Origin: an uncultured Acidobacteriota bacterium
GTDB taxonomy: Bacteria > Acidobacteriota > Thermoanaerobaculia > Multivoradales > SZUA-115
Assembly: GCA_963805975.1 (NCBI GenBank)
Contig: CAWDVR010000005.1
Location: 256,001 to 320,000 of the forward strand
Direction: 5' to 3'
Length of the DNA stretch: 64,000 nt
The translations under genes and the position numbers were made by a program. Shown here piece after piece: positions 52,208 to 62,124 of this stretch. Below the pieces are notes generated by a model. It worked only from the letters and a program-made list of their open reading frames with translations. It ran no database searches and was not told where the DNA came from. Position 1 is the first letter of the stretch; each line of letters begins with the position of its first letter.

Positions 52208-54958
52208 TTGAACGATCGCAAGCGTGTGGATGCGCTGTTCGCGGCGGCGCTCGAGCTGGCACCAACGGAGCGGCGAGCTTTTCTCGCTCGCGAGTGCGAG
52301 ACCGCGGAGCTTCGCGCGGCCGTGGAGCGCTTGCTGGCGGCGAGCGAGCGGAGCGTGACGGAGCCACGCATCGGCCCCGCACTCTGGCAGCAGCTCTCGA
52401 ATGATCTCGGGGGAATGGTCTTGGCGCCGGGAGACTGCGTGGGTGCCTGGCGCATCGTCGGCGAGCTGGGCCGCGGCGGCATGGCCGTGGTCTACCTGGC
52501 GGAGCGGGCGGACGGCCAGTACCAGCAGCGGGCGGCGCTCAAGATGATGGAGCGGGCGGCCTCCGATCTGCCTGCCATGGCCCGCTTCCACCGCGAGCGC
52601 CAGATCCTCGCCAGGCTCGAGCACCCCAACATCGCCCGGCTCCTCGACGGCGGCATCGCGCCGGATGGCCGGCCCTACTTCGTGATGGAGCTCGTGGAGG
52701 GCTCGCGCCTCGACACCTACTGTGACCGGGAGCGGCTCGACGTACGACGGCGGTTGGCGCTCTTCGCGCAGGTGGGGCGAGCGGTGGCCGCGGCGCACCG
52801 GCAGCTCGTGGTGCACCGGGACATCAAACCCGCGAACATCCTGGTGGGCGAGGACGGCAGCCCCAAGCTCCTCGACTTCGGCATCGCCAAACTGATCGAG
52901 GAGGAGGGCACGGCATCCGCAGCCGACCTGACGCGGGCCATGGCGCCGATGACGCCGCGCTACGCCAGCCCGGAACAGGCGGCCGGCGCGCCCGTGACGA
53001 CGGCATCGGACGTCTACCAGCTCGGGCTGCTGCTCTACGAGCTGCTGGCGGGGGAACGGGCTTTCGAGCCCACGGGCAGGACCCCGAGCGAGCTCGAGGA
53101 GCGGGCGGCGACGCGACAGCCAGCGCGGCCGAGCGCCGTAGTGACGCGAGCGCCGGACGACGAGCGTGCCCAGCGGCGTGGTTGTGCCTCGGGCCGCCAG
53201 TTGCGCAAGCTCCTGGCCGGCGACCTCGACACCGTGGTGCTCACCGCTCTGCGCCCGCAGGCCGAACGGCGTTACGAGTCGGCGTCGCGGCTGGTGGAGG
53301 ACGTGGAGCGGTACCTCGCGGGTCGGCCCATCCTGGCGCGGCCGGACTCCCCGGCCTATCGCGCGCGGAAGTTCGTGGGACGCAACCGCTGGGCCGTGGC
53401 CGCGAGCGCGGCGGGGCTCGCGGCGGTGGTGGGGCTCTCGGTGTTCTACGCCGTGCGCCTGCGGGCCGAGCGGGACACGGCCCGGCAGGAGGCCGAGAAG
53501 GCGCGGCAGGTGTCACGCTTCCTGGAGGGGATCTTCCAGGCACCGGACCCCTTTTCGCTCCGCAGCACCGCCAGCCTGACGGCGTTGGAGCTGCTCGACG
53601 AGGGCGCCGCCAAGCTCGAGACCGGCGGCGACGTCTCGCTTGCCGGCCAACCCGCGGTCAGGGCCGCGATGCTCCAAACCATCGCTTCGGTGTATCGCAA
53701 GCTGGTCCGGTTCGAGCCCGCGGAGCGGCTGGCCCGCCGGGCGCTCGAGCTGCGGGTCCGCGAGCTGGGCGAGGATCACCCGGAGACCCTCGAGAGCCGG
53801 TACGAGCTGGCGAGCATCCTCGCGGTTCAGGATCGCGCAGACGAGGCCCTGACGCTGCACCAGCGGGTGCTCGCGGCGCGGCGGCGGGTTCTGGGAGCGG
53901 AGCACGTGCAGGTTGCCTTGAGCCTCAGCGAGATCTCCAACCTCTCGCACCGCCAGGGCCTCTTCGAAGAGGCGCGGCAGGCGGCCGAGCAGGCCATCGC
54001 TATCTACCAGCGATTGCCCGAGCCGGAGCCCTTGCGCCTGGCCTGGGCACACCTCTATCTCGGGCGGACCTTGAACTCGCTCGAGCGCTCGCAGGAAGCG
54101 CTCGGCTCCTACCAGCGGGCGATCGCGCTGCTGCGCAGCCACGTCGATCCTCACCATCCGAGCATCCCGCCCTTTCTCTCGGAGCTGGCCTCGGTCTACT
54201 ACAACCTGGGCCAGCTCGACGATGGTCTGCGGAGCTATCGCGAGGCCCTCGAGGCCGCCGAGGCGAGCCCCCGCGTGCACGAGGGGCAGGCGGCCGTCAT
54301 CCGCGTCAATGCCGCCCACGGGGCCATCGTCTCCGAGCGCTATGACGAAGCTCTGAGGATGGCCGACCAGAGCCTGCCGGTGCTCGCGAGAGTGCTGGGG
54401 CCGGACACGTTCTGGATCGGCATCGGCCACTATCGCCGCGCTCGCGCGCTGCACGGGCTGGGGCGATCCGAAGAAGGGCTGCTGGATCTCGCCGAGGCGA
54501 GGCGGCGTCTCGCCGCCGCCTTCGGCGAGACCTCCCCGGACGTCATCCTCTGCGACAAGGTCGGGGGCACGCTTCTGGCCGCGGTCGGCAGGCAGCGCGA
54601 GGCCGTCGAGCGGCTGCGCGGGGTTCTCGCTTTGGCCCCGAGCGTGCTCGCCGCCGACTCCTGGATCCGCCAGGAGACCCTGGACGAGCTGGGCAGGGTC
54701 GAGCTGGAGCACGGGGACCTCGCCGCGGCAGAGGGCGCTTTCCGCCAGGCCCTCGAGCTCGGCCACCGTCTCTGGCCCAAGGGCACGGCCGAGCTCACGG
54801 CGGCCGAAGCGAGGCTGGGCACGATTCTGCTGGGGCGGGGCGACAGGCAAGGGGCCCGCCAGGCGCTCGAGCGTGCCCTGGCTCTGCTCACCCGCGTACA
54901 GGGAGTGACGCCGAAGGTCGAGAAAACCGTGCGCGACCTCGAAGCGTCGCTGCGGTAG
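52208..54958 (+). CDS. Ser/Thr protein kinase with TM helix and TPR repeats
   Basis: GRGGMAVVY, HRDIKPANIL, DFGIAK, TPRYASPEQ; TPR-like C-terminus. TTG start after GAGGAG (alternative ATG at 52148). Confidence 0.93.
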   Translation: MNDRKRVDALFAAALELAPTERRAFLARECETAELRAAVERLLAASERSVTEPRIGPALWQQLSNDLGGMVLAPGDCVGAWRIVGELGRGGMAVVYLAERADGQYQQRAALKMMERAASDLPAMARFHRERQILARLEHPNIARLLDGGIAPDGRPYFVMELVEGSRLDTYCDRERLDVRRRLALFAQVGRAVAAAHRQLVVHRDIKPANILVGEDGSPKLLDFGIAKLIEEEGTASAADLTRAMAPMTPRYASPEQAAGAPVTTASDVYQLGLLLYELLAGERAFEPTGRTPSELEERAATRQPARPSAVVTRAPDDERAQRRGCASGRQLRKLLAGDLDTVVLTALRPQAERRYESASRLVEDVERYLAGRPILARPDSPAYRARKFVGRNRWAVAASAAGLAAVVGLSVFYAVRLRAERDTARQEAEKARQVSRFLEGIFQAPDPFSLRSTASLTALELLDEGAAKLETGGDVSLAGQPAVRAAMLQTIASVYRKLVRFEPAERLARRALELRVRELGEDHPETLESRYELASILAVQDRADEALTLHQRVLAARRRVLGAEHVQVALSLSEISNLSHRQGLFEEARQAAEQAIAIYQRLPEPEPLRLAWAHLYLGRTLNSLERSQEALGSYQRAIALLRSHVDPHHPSIPPFLSELASVYYNLGQLDDGLRSYREALEAAEASPRVHEGQAAVIRVNAAHGAIVSERYDEALRMADQSLPVLARVLGPDTFWIGIGHYRRARALHGLGRSEEGLLDLAEARRRLAAAFGETSPDVILCDKVGGTLLAAVGRQREAVERLRGVLALAPSVLAADSWIRQETLDELGRVELEHGDLAAAEGAFRQALELGHRLWPKGTAELTAAEARLGTILLGRGDRQGARQALERALALLTRVQGVTPKVEKTVRDLEASLR

Positions 54959-54980
54959 GAAGCCGGGCGGCCCGCCGCCG

Positions 54981-55499
54981 TCAGGGGGAAGCGGCGAGCG
55001 TGTACTCGAAGTCGTAGAAGTGCTTGCCGTCCGTGATCTCGATCCCCATCTTACCGGCGAGGCCGGCCAGCTGGCCCGTGCCGGAGTCCGGCACCACGGT
55101 GATCGAGAGCTGCGGCGTGCCGCGTGCCATGGTGCCGCTGTGCTGGAGCATGAAGGTGCCGGTGCGGCCCTGGAGCGTGCCGCTGACCTTCTCGATCGCC
55201 ACGTAACCGGCCGAGCCCTGAACCTCCGTCATGGCGGTCAGCATCGTGCCCTTGGCCGTCGCCTCGAGATCGCCGTGATACTGCTTGTCGAGCGACATCC
55301 TGCCCAGGGTGGCGTCGTCCGCCGCCTGGGGGGCGAGCTTCACGTCGAAGGTCCCACGCACACGAGCCGTCACATCCACCTCCTTCTGCATTGCACCCGA
55401 ACCCGACACCGGCGCCTGGGCAGAGGCCCAGGGCCCAGGGCCAAGGGACAGGCAGAGACCCACGACAACCCCGGCCGCGACACGAAGTCGGTTGCTCAT
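54981..55499 (-). CDS. DUF3224 family protein
   Basis: [45 protein letters not shown]. Confidence 0.85.
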   Translation of the reverse strand: MSNRLRVAAGVVVGLCLSLGPGPWASAQAPVSGSGAMQKEVDVTARVRGTFDVKLAPQAADDATLGRMSLDKQYHGDLEATAKGTMLTAMTEVQGSAGYVAIEKVSGTLQGRTGTFMLQHSGTMARGTPQLSITVVPDSGTGQLAGLAGKMGIEITDGKHFYDFEYTLAASP

Positions 55500-55560
55500 C
55501 CTTGCTCCCTCGGGCATGCACGGCCCCTTCTCGAGTCTGCCGATGCTACTCCACCTGGTG

Positions 55561-55587
55561 TGTCATCCCGAGCGCAGCGAAGGATCT
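55561..55587. repeat. Intergenic copy of REP-like family B
   Basis: TGTCATCCCGAGCGCAGCGAAGGATCT, 3 mismatches to 7041-7067. Confidence 0.85.
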
Positions 55588-55612
55588 CGGCCCCCATGCG
55601 CTGCCGGGCCCG

Positions 55613-56992
55613 CTACCGCACGCGTACCACCACCAGCGTCACGTCGTCGCTGCGCCGCACGTCGCCCTTGAAGTTCGAGAGGTCGGCGAGCACGAGGTTG
55701 CGCACCTCGCGTGCCGGGCGGCCGCGGCTGGCGGCGTCGGCGAGGATCTTGGTCAGCCGCTCCAGGCCGTAGCCCTCGCCGTCGCCGTTGGCGGTCTCGG
55801 TCAGCCCGTCGGTGAAGAAGCAGACGAGATCGCCGACCTCGAGCGGCGACTCCACCTCGGAGTAGTGGCTGCGGAGCCGGGTGCCGAGGGGCAGGGCCGG
55901 GCAGGAGATCTCTTCCACCTCGCCGCTCGCCGCGGCGTAGCGCAGCGGCGGCGGATGGCCGGCCGAGGACAGGCGCAGGCGTCGTGCCACCGGGTCGAGG
56001 AAGCTCGCGAGGAGCGTCACCAGCATGCGGCGGTCAGTGGTGTGGCGCACCATGCCGTCGAGCTGCTCGAGCACCACGGCCGGCGAGGAGAGCTCGTTGC
56101 GCAGCAGGTAGAGGCAGCTCCTGAGGCCCGAGAGCAGCAGGCCGCTCGCCAGGCCGTGGCCGGCCACGTCGCCGACCACGATCGACAGGCCCCGCCCGGC
56201 ACCCGGCACGCCGGACGGGGCGGCGGGCACCTCCAGCTCGAAGAAGGCGTAGTAGTCGCCTCCCACCTCGCTCGCCGGCAGGGAGACGCTGGCGATGTCG
56301 AGCCAGGGAAGCTGCGGCGTGGTCCGCGGCAGCATGCTGAGCTGGATCTGCCGTGCGTCCTCGATCTCCGACTGGATCCGGCTGCGTTCGCGGTCGAGCG
56401 ACATCTCGCGGCGCCACTCGCCGATAAACGCCTGGCGGCGGCTGCGCGCCAGGCTGGTGGCGACGGAGAGGAACAGGGCGGTGGCGAGAGTGGGCCACAG
56501 CACTCCACCCAGCCCGCGCGGCGCGCCCCAGAGGCCGGTGAGCTTGGTGGTCCAGAGCCAGACGGCCACCGCCCACATCACCGCCAGAAGGGCCGCGTAC
56601 TCGACGCCGCGCAGCCGGAAGACGAGCACCAGGAAGGGGAAGACGAGCCCGGCGAGCGCCACCCGCATCTCGGGTGCAAGGCCCCAGAGTGGGAACACCG
56701 CCAGGCCGAGCTGGAGGAGCAGGAAGGCGATGCAGACGGCGCGGAAGCGGTCGGCGAGGAGGCGCGAATCGCTCTTCAGGTAGACGACCACCAGCAGCAC
56801 CGCGTTGCCCAGGGCCACGGCCATCGGCCAGGGCCTGGCAAGGGCGAAGGAGAGCAGGCCGACGCCCAGCGAGATGGTGCCGGCCACCACCGCCAGCCGC
56901 CAGAGCACGGCGGTGTTGACGTTCTCCTGATGGCGGCGGACAGCCCCCTGCTCTTCGGAGAGATGGACCTGTAGCTCGTCCGCGCCGCCCAT
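55613..56992 (-). CDS. Membrane-bound SpoIIE/RsbU-type PP2C phosphatase
   Basis: Several TM helices; EVGGDYY, GDVAGHG, SAGHPP, FTDGLTE, DDVT. Confidence 0.92.
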   Translation of the reverse strand: MGGADELQVHLSEEQGAVRRHQENVNTAVLWRLAVVAGTISLGVGLLSFALARPWPMAVALGNAVLLVVVYLKSDSRLLADRFRAVCIAFLLLQLGLAVFPLWGLAPEMRVALAGLVFPFLVLVFRLRGVEYAALLAVMWAVAVWLWTTKLTGLWGAPRGLGGVLWPTLATALFLSVATSLARSRRQAFIGEWRREMSLDRERSRIQSEIEDARQIQLSMLPRTTPQLPWLDIASVSLPASEVGGDYYAFFELEVPAAPSGVPGAGRGLSIVVGDVAGHGLASGLLLSGLRSCLYLLRNELSSPAVVLEQLDGMVRHTTDRRMLVTLLASFLDPVARRLRLSSAGHPPPLRYAAASGEVEEISCPALPLGTRLRSHYSEVESPLEVGDLVCFFTDGLTETANGDGEGYGLERLTKILADAASRGRPAREVRNLVLADLSNFKGDVRRSDDVTLVVVRVR

Positions 56993-57148
56993 GGAGGGGC
57001 ACTACTGTACCCCGAGCGCGCGGGCGGCTACCTCCCGCCCCGGAAGAGGATCGTCCATCCTTCGCTCCACGCCTGGTCGCGCGTGTAGGATGTACGCTTC
57101 GAACGTCAGCTCTCGAAGGAAGCCAACTCCCACCGGGAAGGAGTCCCC

Positions 57149-58381
57149 GTGAAGCGAGGCATGGGTCTTCTCGTTCTCTCGTTGCTCGCCGCTGCCGCGG
57201 CCGGCGCGCAAACGGCGCCGGCCCCCGAAGCCGTGCCGGCGCCTCCTGCTGCCGCCCTGCCGGCGGCCGGAGGGCCCACGGTGACGCAGGTCTTCAAGCT
57301 GCCGGCGGATGGCTCCACCGGCGCCGGCCTGGGTGACGAGATCGTGGTGGTGGTCGACGGCTACGCGCAGCTCCTCGCCGCGGCGGGTGGCAACTGCGAG
57401 TCGGTCGTGCTCTTCCTCGACGGCCTGCCCTTCCCCGGCATCGATCCCAACTCCTGCGACCCGCAGGAGGGCCGCCTGCGCTACGAGCTCTTCCGCAGCA
57501 ACGAGAGCGACGAGCGCTGGCACTCGCTCCTCGGCGCGCCGCGGTCCTTCACCCGCAAGATCACGGTCTCGGTGGGGCCTACGGACCACCTCTCGATCCC
57601 CACCAAGGTGCGGGAGTTCCCGCTGGTGGTGATCCCGAGAAACGAGTTCTTCGTGGTCTTCGCCGTGCTCCTGGCACTCTGGGGCGCCGGCTTCTGGCTC
57701 GCCCGGCGCACCGACATCATCCGCGACCCGCAGGCCGAGCCCGGCCCCGGCGAGCGCCGTCCCTACAGCCTGTCGCGCTTCCAGATGGGCTTCTGGTTCC
57801 TGCTGGTGATCTCCGCCTACTTCTTCCTCTGGGTGGTGATCGAGGAGCTGGACACCATCACCGACTCGATCCTCGCCCTCATCGGCATCGGCTCGGGCAC
57901 GGCGCTGGGGGCCTCGCTGATCGACTCCGACAAGGAGCAGACGGCGGACGTCGCCACCAGCCGTCTCACGGCCGAGAAGCAGGCCCTGTCCGGCTCTCTC
58001 GACGGCCTGAGCCAGCAGGCGGCGGCCACCCCGGACGCGGTGGCCCGCGCGCCCATCGACTCGCAGGTGGTGGCGAAGCAGGCGCGCATGGCGGAGATCG
58101 ACACGCTGCTGGAGCAGAAGCAGGGGGTGGTCAAGGCCGGCTCGACGGGGAGCTTCCTGCGTGACGTGCTCGACAGCTCGTCGGGGATCAGCCTGCACCG
58201 GTTCCAGATGCTGGCCTGGACCCTGATTCTGGGGGTGATCTTCGTGGCGACGGTCTACCGCACGCTCTACATGCCCGAGTTCTCGGCCACGCTCCTGGGG
58301 CTGATGGGCATCAGCTCCGGCACCTACCTGGGCTTCAAGTTCCCGGAGCGCCACGACACCGACGGCACGCCGCCGGCCTGA
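57149..58381 (+). CDS. Hypothetical membrane protein
   Basis: AGGAG RBS and GTG start; signal peptide; internally repeated SLxRFQM..W TM hairpins (YSLSRFQM, ISLHRFQM). Confidence 0.8.
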   Translation: MKRGMGLLVLSLLAAAAAGAQTAPAPEAVPAPPAAALPAAGGPTVTQVFKLPADGSTGAGLGDEIVVVVDGYAQLLAAAGGNCESVVLFLDGLPFPGIDPNSCDPQEGRLRYELFRSNESDERWHSLLGAPRSFTRKITVSVGPTDHLSIPTKVREFPLVVIPRNEFFVVFAVLLALWGAGFWLARRTDIIRDPQAEPGPGERRPYSLSRFQMGFWFLLVISAYFFLWVVIEELDTITDSILALIGIGSGTALGASLIDSDKEQTADVATSRLTAEKQALSGSLDGLSQQAAATPDAVARAPIDSQVVAKQARMAEIDTLLEQKQGVVKAGSTGSFLRDVLDSSSGISLHRFQMLAWTLILGVIFVATVYRTLYMPEFSATLLGLMGISSGTYLGFKFPERHDTDGTPPA

Positions 58382-58387
58382 CGCCCA

Positions 58388-58497
58388 CCTCACCCCTGCC
58401 CCTCTCCCCGCAAGCGGGGCGAGGGGTTCTGAGCGGCTGTCCCGTCTCTCTTCCGGCTCCCTCGCCCCGCTTGCGGGGAGAGGGCTGGGGTGAGGGG
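58388..58497. repeat. Intergenic inverted doublet of REP-like family A
   Basis: CCTCACCCC..CCTCTCCCCGCAAGCGGGGCGAGGGG (58388-58426) and its inverse (58459-58497) between convergent genes. Confidence 0.9.
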
Positions 58498-58504
58498 CCT
58501 GGGG

Positions 58505-59257
58505 CTACGGCGCCGGCGGCTCGACGATCTGAATCGTCGCGCTGCCCTCGACCACCGCGCCGCTCGGCACGTCGGTGACGCGGGCGAAGATCGTCACCGT
58601 GCCGCGGAAGGTGGTCTCGCCGGCGGTGAAGAGCGCAGTCGCAGTGCCACTCGCCGTCGACAGCGTCACGGCGCGGAACTCGCCCAGCCGCGTGCCCGCG
58701 GAGGTCAGGGCCCGAAACTCGACCAGCGTGCTCTCGCTGGCGATCCCCTGGCCGCGGCGCAGAGTGGCGGTCACGGTCGTGGTGTTGGCGAAGCCGGGCT
58801 CGAGCGAGAACGCTCCGGGATCGACCAGGATGCGATCCGGCAGCGCGCCGGTGAAGGCCACGGTGAGCGCCTGGAGGAAGGTCGAGACCTGGGCCGAGAC
58901 CTGCGCCGAGCCCGGCCGGGTGGGGCTCTGGAGCTGGACCACCGCCCGCCCCTCGACATCGGCCGGCACGGCGAGCGACATGCTGGTGCCGCTTCCCGGC
59001 GTGCCGCCCACCAGCGTGCCGCCGGTCGAGGTGAAGGTCACGGTGCGATTGCCGGCCGAGGCGTCGGCCGGGATCAGGGCGGTGAAGGTCACCCGCGACA
59101 CCCCGTCGGCCGGGATCGCCGCCGCGGAGGCGCTCAAGGCGATCAGGTCCCCCGGCGCCACGCTGCGCTGCGGATCGGACTCGGAGCAGCCGAGGAGGGC
59201 CACAAGGGCAGCCGGCAGGAAGAGGTCGGTGACGAGGCGATGGCGCATGGTGGGCAT
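58505..59257 (-). CDS. Lipoprotein with Ig-like (Big/invasin-type) domains
   Basis: Lipobox LLGC; IPADGVSRVTFTA; Thr/Val-rich beta sequence. Confidence 0.75.
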   Translation of the reverse strand: MPTMRHRLVTDLFLPAALVALLGCSESDPQRSVAPGDLIALSASAAAIPADGVSRVTFTALIPADASAGNRTVTFTSTGGTLVGGTPGSGTSMSLAVPADVEGRAVVQLQSPTRPGSAQVSAQVSTFLQALTVAFTGALPDRILVDPGAFSLEPGFANTTTVTATLRRGQGIASESTLVEFRALTSAGTRLGEFRAVTLSTASGTATALFTAGETTFRGTVTIFARVTDVPSGAVVEGSATIQIVEPPAP

Positions 59258-59271
59258 CCTATGGCGCGCCG

Positions 59272-59650
59272 CTACTGGATGCGCACGGTGCAGGCCAGTT
59301 GCTCGATGGGCGAGCTGTCGTCCTTGGCATCGCGCACCACGATCGAGGCCCAGATCGTCACCAGCTTGGCCTTGCCGCCGTTGCCGGCCGGGACCAGGCG
59401 CATGGGCTCGATCACGTCCTGCGGCAGGGCGGTGAAGGTCACGTTCTCGCGGCGCAGGATCTGGAACGGCCCGGTGGGCGTCTCGAAGGCGACGTCGAGC
59501 TGCTGGCCGGTCACCTCGACGATGCGATAGATCAGGTCCGTGGTCACGTCGTCGTCGGTCGAGGCGGCGCGGAAGGTGAGCGTCACGTCGAAGGGTATGG
59601 CCCCGGACGTGGGTGCGGCGGCGAGCTCGCGGCTGATGGCGATCGGCATC
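59272..59650 (-). CDS. Small hypothetical beta-rich protein
   Basis: GGAGG RBS before MPIAISR; operonic spacing with both neighbours. Confidence 0.65.
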
Positions 59651-59685
59651 GAATCCTCCACTCAGGTCTGGGCTACGAGGTCGGG

Positions 59686-61518
59686 CTACGGTCCGGCGAC
59701 CGCCGTCCCCAGCTTGCCCAGCAGGCTCTTGACGTTCCAGTCGAAGGAGATCGAGACGAACAGCTCCTCGGTGAGGCGCAGGTCGTCGATCAGCGGGTTG
59801 GGCGAGTTTTCCTGGAAGACCAGCACGCCGCCGTTGATGCGCGCCGTGTCGGTCAGGCGCAGGCCGGCGCCCGCCACCAGCGCCTGGTTGCCGAAGAGAT
59901 CGTCGCGCAGCACGCGGCCGGCGGCGTCCTCCTCCTTGACCGAGTTGAAGGTCACCCCGAGCAGGAAGGAGAAGCGGCGGCGGAAGCCGCCCAGCACGGA
60001 CAGCGGCACGTCGCGATTGACCGCCCGGGTGTAGAAGTTGGCACCGAAGTAGGGGGTCACCTCGCCGATCTCGCCGGCGTAGAGCACGCCGAAGTCGGCG
60101 CTGATGTGGAAGGCGGCGCGGGTGGTGAAGCTGCCGGTCGAGGTGGCGACGATCGGCACCCGGACCGCAGCCTCGCGCCGCAGGTAGGTGGCGAGGTCGT
60201 CGAGCGCCGCCTCGCGCCCGGCGAGGATCGACGACAGCCGGGTCAGGCTCGAGCCAACGGCCGCCGCCGCGCTCGCCGCGGAGCCGAGCTTGGCACGCAG
60301 CCCGGCCATCTGCGCCGCGTTGGGTCCGAGGGCCGTGGCCAGGGCCGTCACCTGCTCCGCCGTCTTGGTGAGCTCACCTAGCGTGCGGAGCGTCGCGTGG
60401 ACGGTCGCCATGTTGGCGGCGAGCGGGGCGACGTCGGCCGGGGTCCAGAGGTCGGAGGCGAGGGTGTCGGCCGGCACCGCGGCGCTCGGCCCACCCAGTG
60501 CCGCGGCACCGCCGGCGATCGCAGCCAGGAGCGGCGGGTCGGCGCTCGCGAGCGTCGCCAGGCCGGCGAGCGCGGCGTCCGGCAGCAGGTGGGCGAGGTC
60601 CGAGCGGTCGGCGGCCGAGAGCCCGTCCACCGCCGCCAGCAGGGCGGCCGTCGCGGGGTCCTGGTGCACCGCGCGCAAGGCCGAGAAAAGGGCGTCGATC
60701 CGTGAGCCGGCGCCCGAGCCCAGGGGCTTCACCACCACGCGGCGCTGCTGCTGCGTCTCGTAGACGCGCCGCAGCGGCTCCTGCCAGGGCGGCCCCGGTT
60801 CCTCGTCGCCGGCCGTGGATGCGGGGTCGAAGACCGATCCCTTCTCCGGCTGCACCGACTGGCCGGCCGGCAGCGGCTGGGCGGCGAGCACGCGGCGGAT
60901 GGTGTCGAGCAGGCTGGCGTACTGCGCGGCGCCCAGGCTCGGGGGGTTGGCAGCGTCGATCGCACGCAGCTCCCGGTCGAGCCCGGCGCGGACCTGGATC
61001 TTGAGCGCCGCCAGCTCGGTCTCGGAGAGCGCCCGGGAGATGGTGAACAGGAACAGGAAGTCGCGGTTGGGCGACAGGCGGTCGGGGACGAAGAGCTGGA
61101 AGCGGCTGGTCTGCCCGGTCCAGGGCACGAGGTGAGTGGCGGTGGACGCGCCGCCCTTGCACAGGCTCAGGGGAGCGTTCGCGGCGGGGCCGCCGGCCAG
61201 GAGGTTGCCCAGGTTCTTGCCCGAGCTGTCGCCGGCCTCGCAGTAGCTGCCCTCGAGCCTCACCGCGCCCTGGGGCGGGGTGCCCACCAGCAAGAAGGGT
61301 TCGTCGAACGGCAGCACGGCGTTGATGGTGCCGGACGCCAGGTCCACCTCGACCTGCTTGATCTCGGGCGTGTCGGGGACGTTGTTCGTCTGGGCGAAGC
61401 CCGACAGCGCCAGGAGGGCGCTCGAGAGCGCTGCGGCTGTCATGCGCGAGCGCACGAAGCGGCTCGCGGAGCAAAGAGAGAGTCCCGTCATGAGGCCCCC
61501 GCGGAAGGTCTGACCCAT
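59686..61518 (-). CDS. Hypothetical exported protein, beta-strand-rich C-terminus
   Basis: Signal peptide ending GFA-Q; helical middle; amphipathic beta strands at the C-terminus. Start may be 61491 or later. Confidence 0.75.
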   Translation of the reverse strand: MGQTFRGGLMTGLSLCSASRFVRSRMTAAALSSALLALSGFAQTNNVPDTPEIKQVEVDLASGTINAVLPFDEPFLLVGTPPQGAVRLEGSYCEAGDSSGKNLGNLLAGGPAANAPLSLCKGGASTATHLVPWTGQTSRFQLFVPDRLSPNRDFLFLFTISRALSETELAALKIQVRAGLDRELRAIDAANPPSLGAAQYASLLDTIRRVLAAQPLPAGQSVQPEKGSVFDPASTAGDEEPGPPWQEPLRRVYETQQQRRVVVKPLGSGAGSRIDALFSALRAVHQDPATAALLAAVDGLSAADRSDLAHLLPDAALAGLATLASADPPLLAAIAGGAAALGGPSAAVPADTLASDLWTPADVAPLAANMATVHATLRTLGELTKTAEQVTALATALGPNAAQMAGLRAKLGSAASAAAAVGSSLTRLSSILAGREAALDDLATYLRREAAVRVPIVATSTGSFTTRAAFHISADFGVLYAGEIGEVTPYFGANFYTRAVNRDVPLSVLGGFRRRFSFLLGVTFNSVKEEDAAGRVLRDDLFGNQALVAGAGLRLTDTARINGGVLVFQENSPNPLIDDLRLTEELFVSISFDWNVKSLLGKLGTAVAGP

Positions 61519-61624
61519 CGAGCTCGTGATCTGTCGGCAAGGTATCAGAGCAGGGAGGAGCCGGCAAGCACGAAACCGACGCCGCTCTAAGAGGCGCGAC
61601 CGCCGGTCGCCCCTACGTTCCGGT

Positions 61625-61667
61625 CCCCTCGCCCCGCGTCAGCGGAGAGAGGGCAAGGATGAAGGGG
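61625..61667. repeat. Degenerate intergenic copy of REP-like family A
   Basis: CCCCTCGCCCCGC-GTCA-GCGGAGAGAGGG-CAAGGATGAAGGGG. Confidence 0.75.
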
Positions 61668-61671
61668 TGCC

Positions 61672-62124
61672 TCAGGAGCCGTACGCGCGGCTCTCGTGCC
61701 CGAGCTGCGCGAGCACCGAGCGCAGGGCGATGCGCACCCGCTCCTCGAGCTCCGCCTCGTCGGCCGTTTCCGGCGCCGGGCCGGCGACGGGTGGGCTCGG
61801 CGGGGCCGCGACGGCGGGGAGCGATTGCGCCGCCGGCCGCGGGTCGCTCGCCAAGCGCTGGGCCAACAGCTTGAGCAGGCCGCCGCTGCCGGTCGGGGCA
61901 GCCTCGGCCACGGCCTCGAAGAAGCGGCTCGGAGGGATGCCCAGGGCGTCGAGCGCGCGCAGGAGGTCCATCACCTTGAGGTCGACCCGGCGTTGGAACA
62001 CGTGGGAGAGGTAGCCACGGCGGCGGCCGATCCGCTCGTCGACCTCGGTCTGCGTGAGGCCGGATGCGCGAATGGCGCCCTGCAATAACTTCAAGCCTCT
62101 GGAGAGAAGTTCTTCTGTGTTCAC
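61672..62124 (-). CDS. XRE-family HTH protein (paralog 2)
   Basis: AIRASGLTQTEVDERIGRRRGYLSHVF..DLK; GTG start overlapping the upstream stop (GTGA). Confidence 0.8.
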   Translation of the reverse strand: MNTEELLSRGLKLLQGAIRASGLTQTEVDERIGRRRGYLSHVFQRRVDLKVMDLLRALDALGIPPSRFFEAVAEAAPTGSGGLLKLLAQRLASDPRPAAQSLPAVAAPPSPPVAGPAPETADEAELEERVRIALRSVLAQLGHESRAYGS

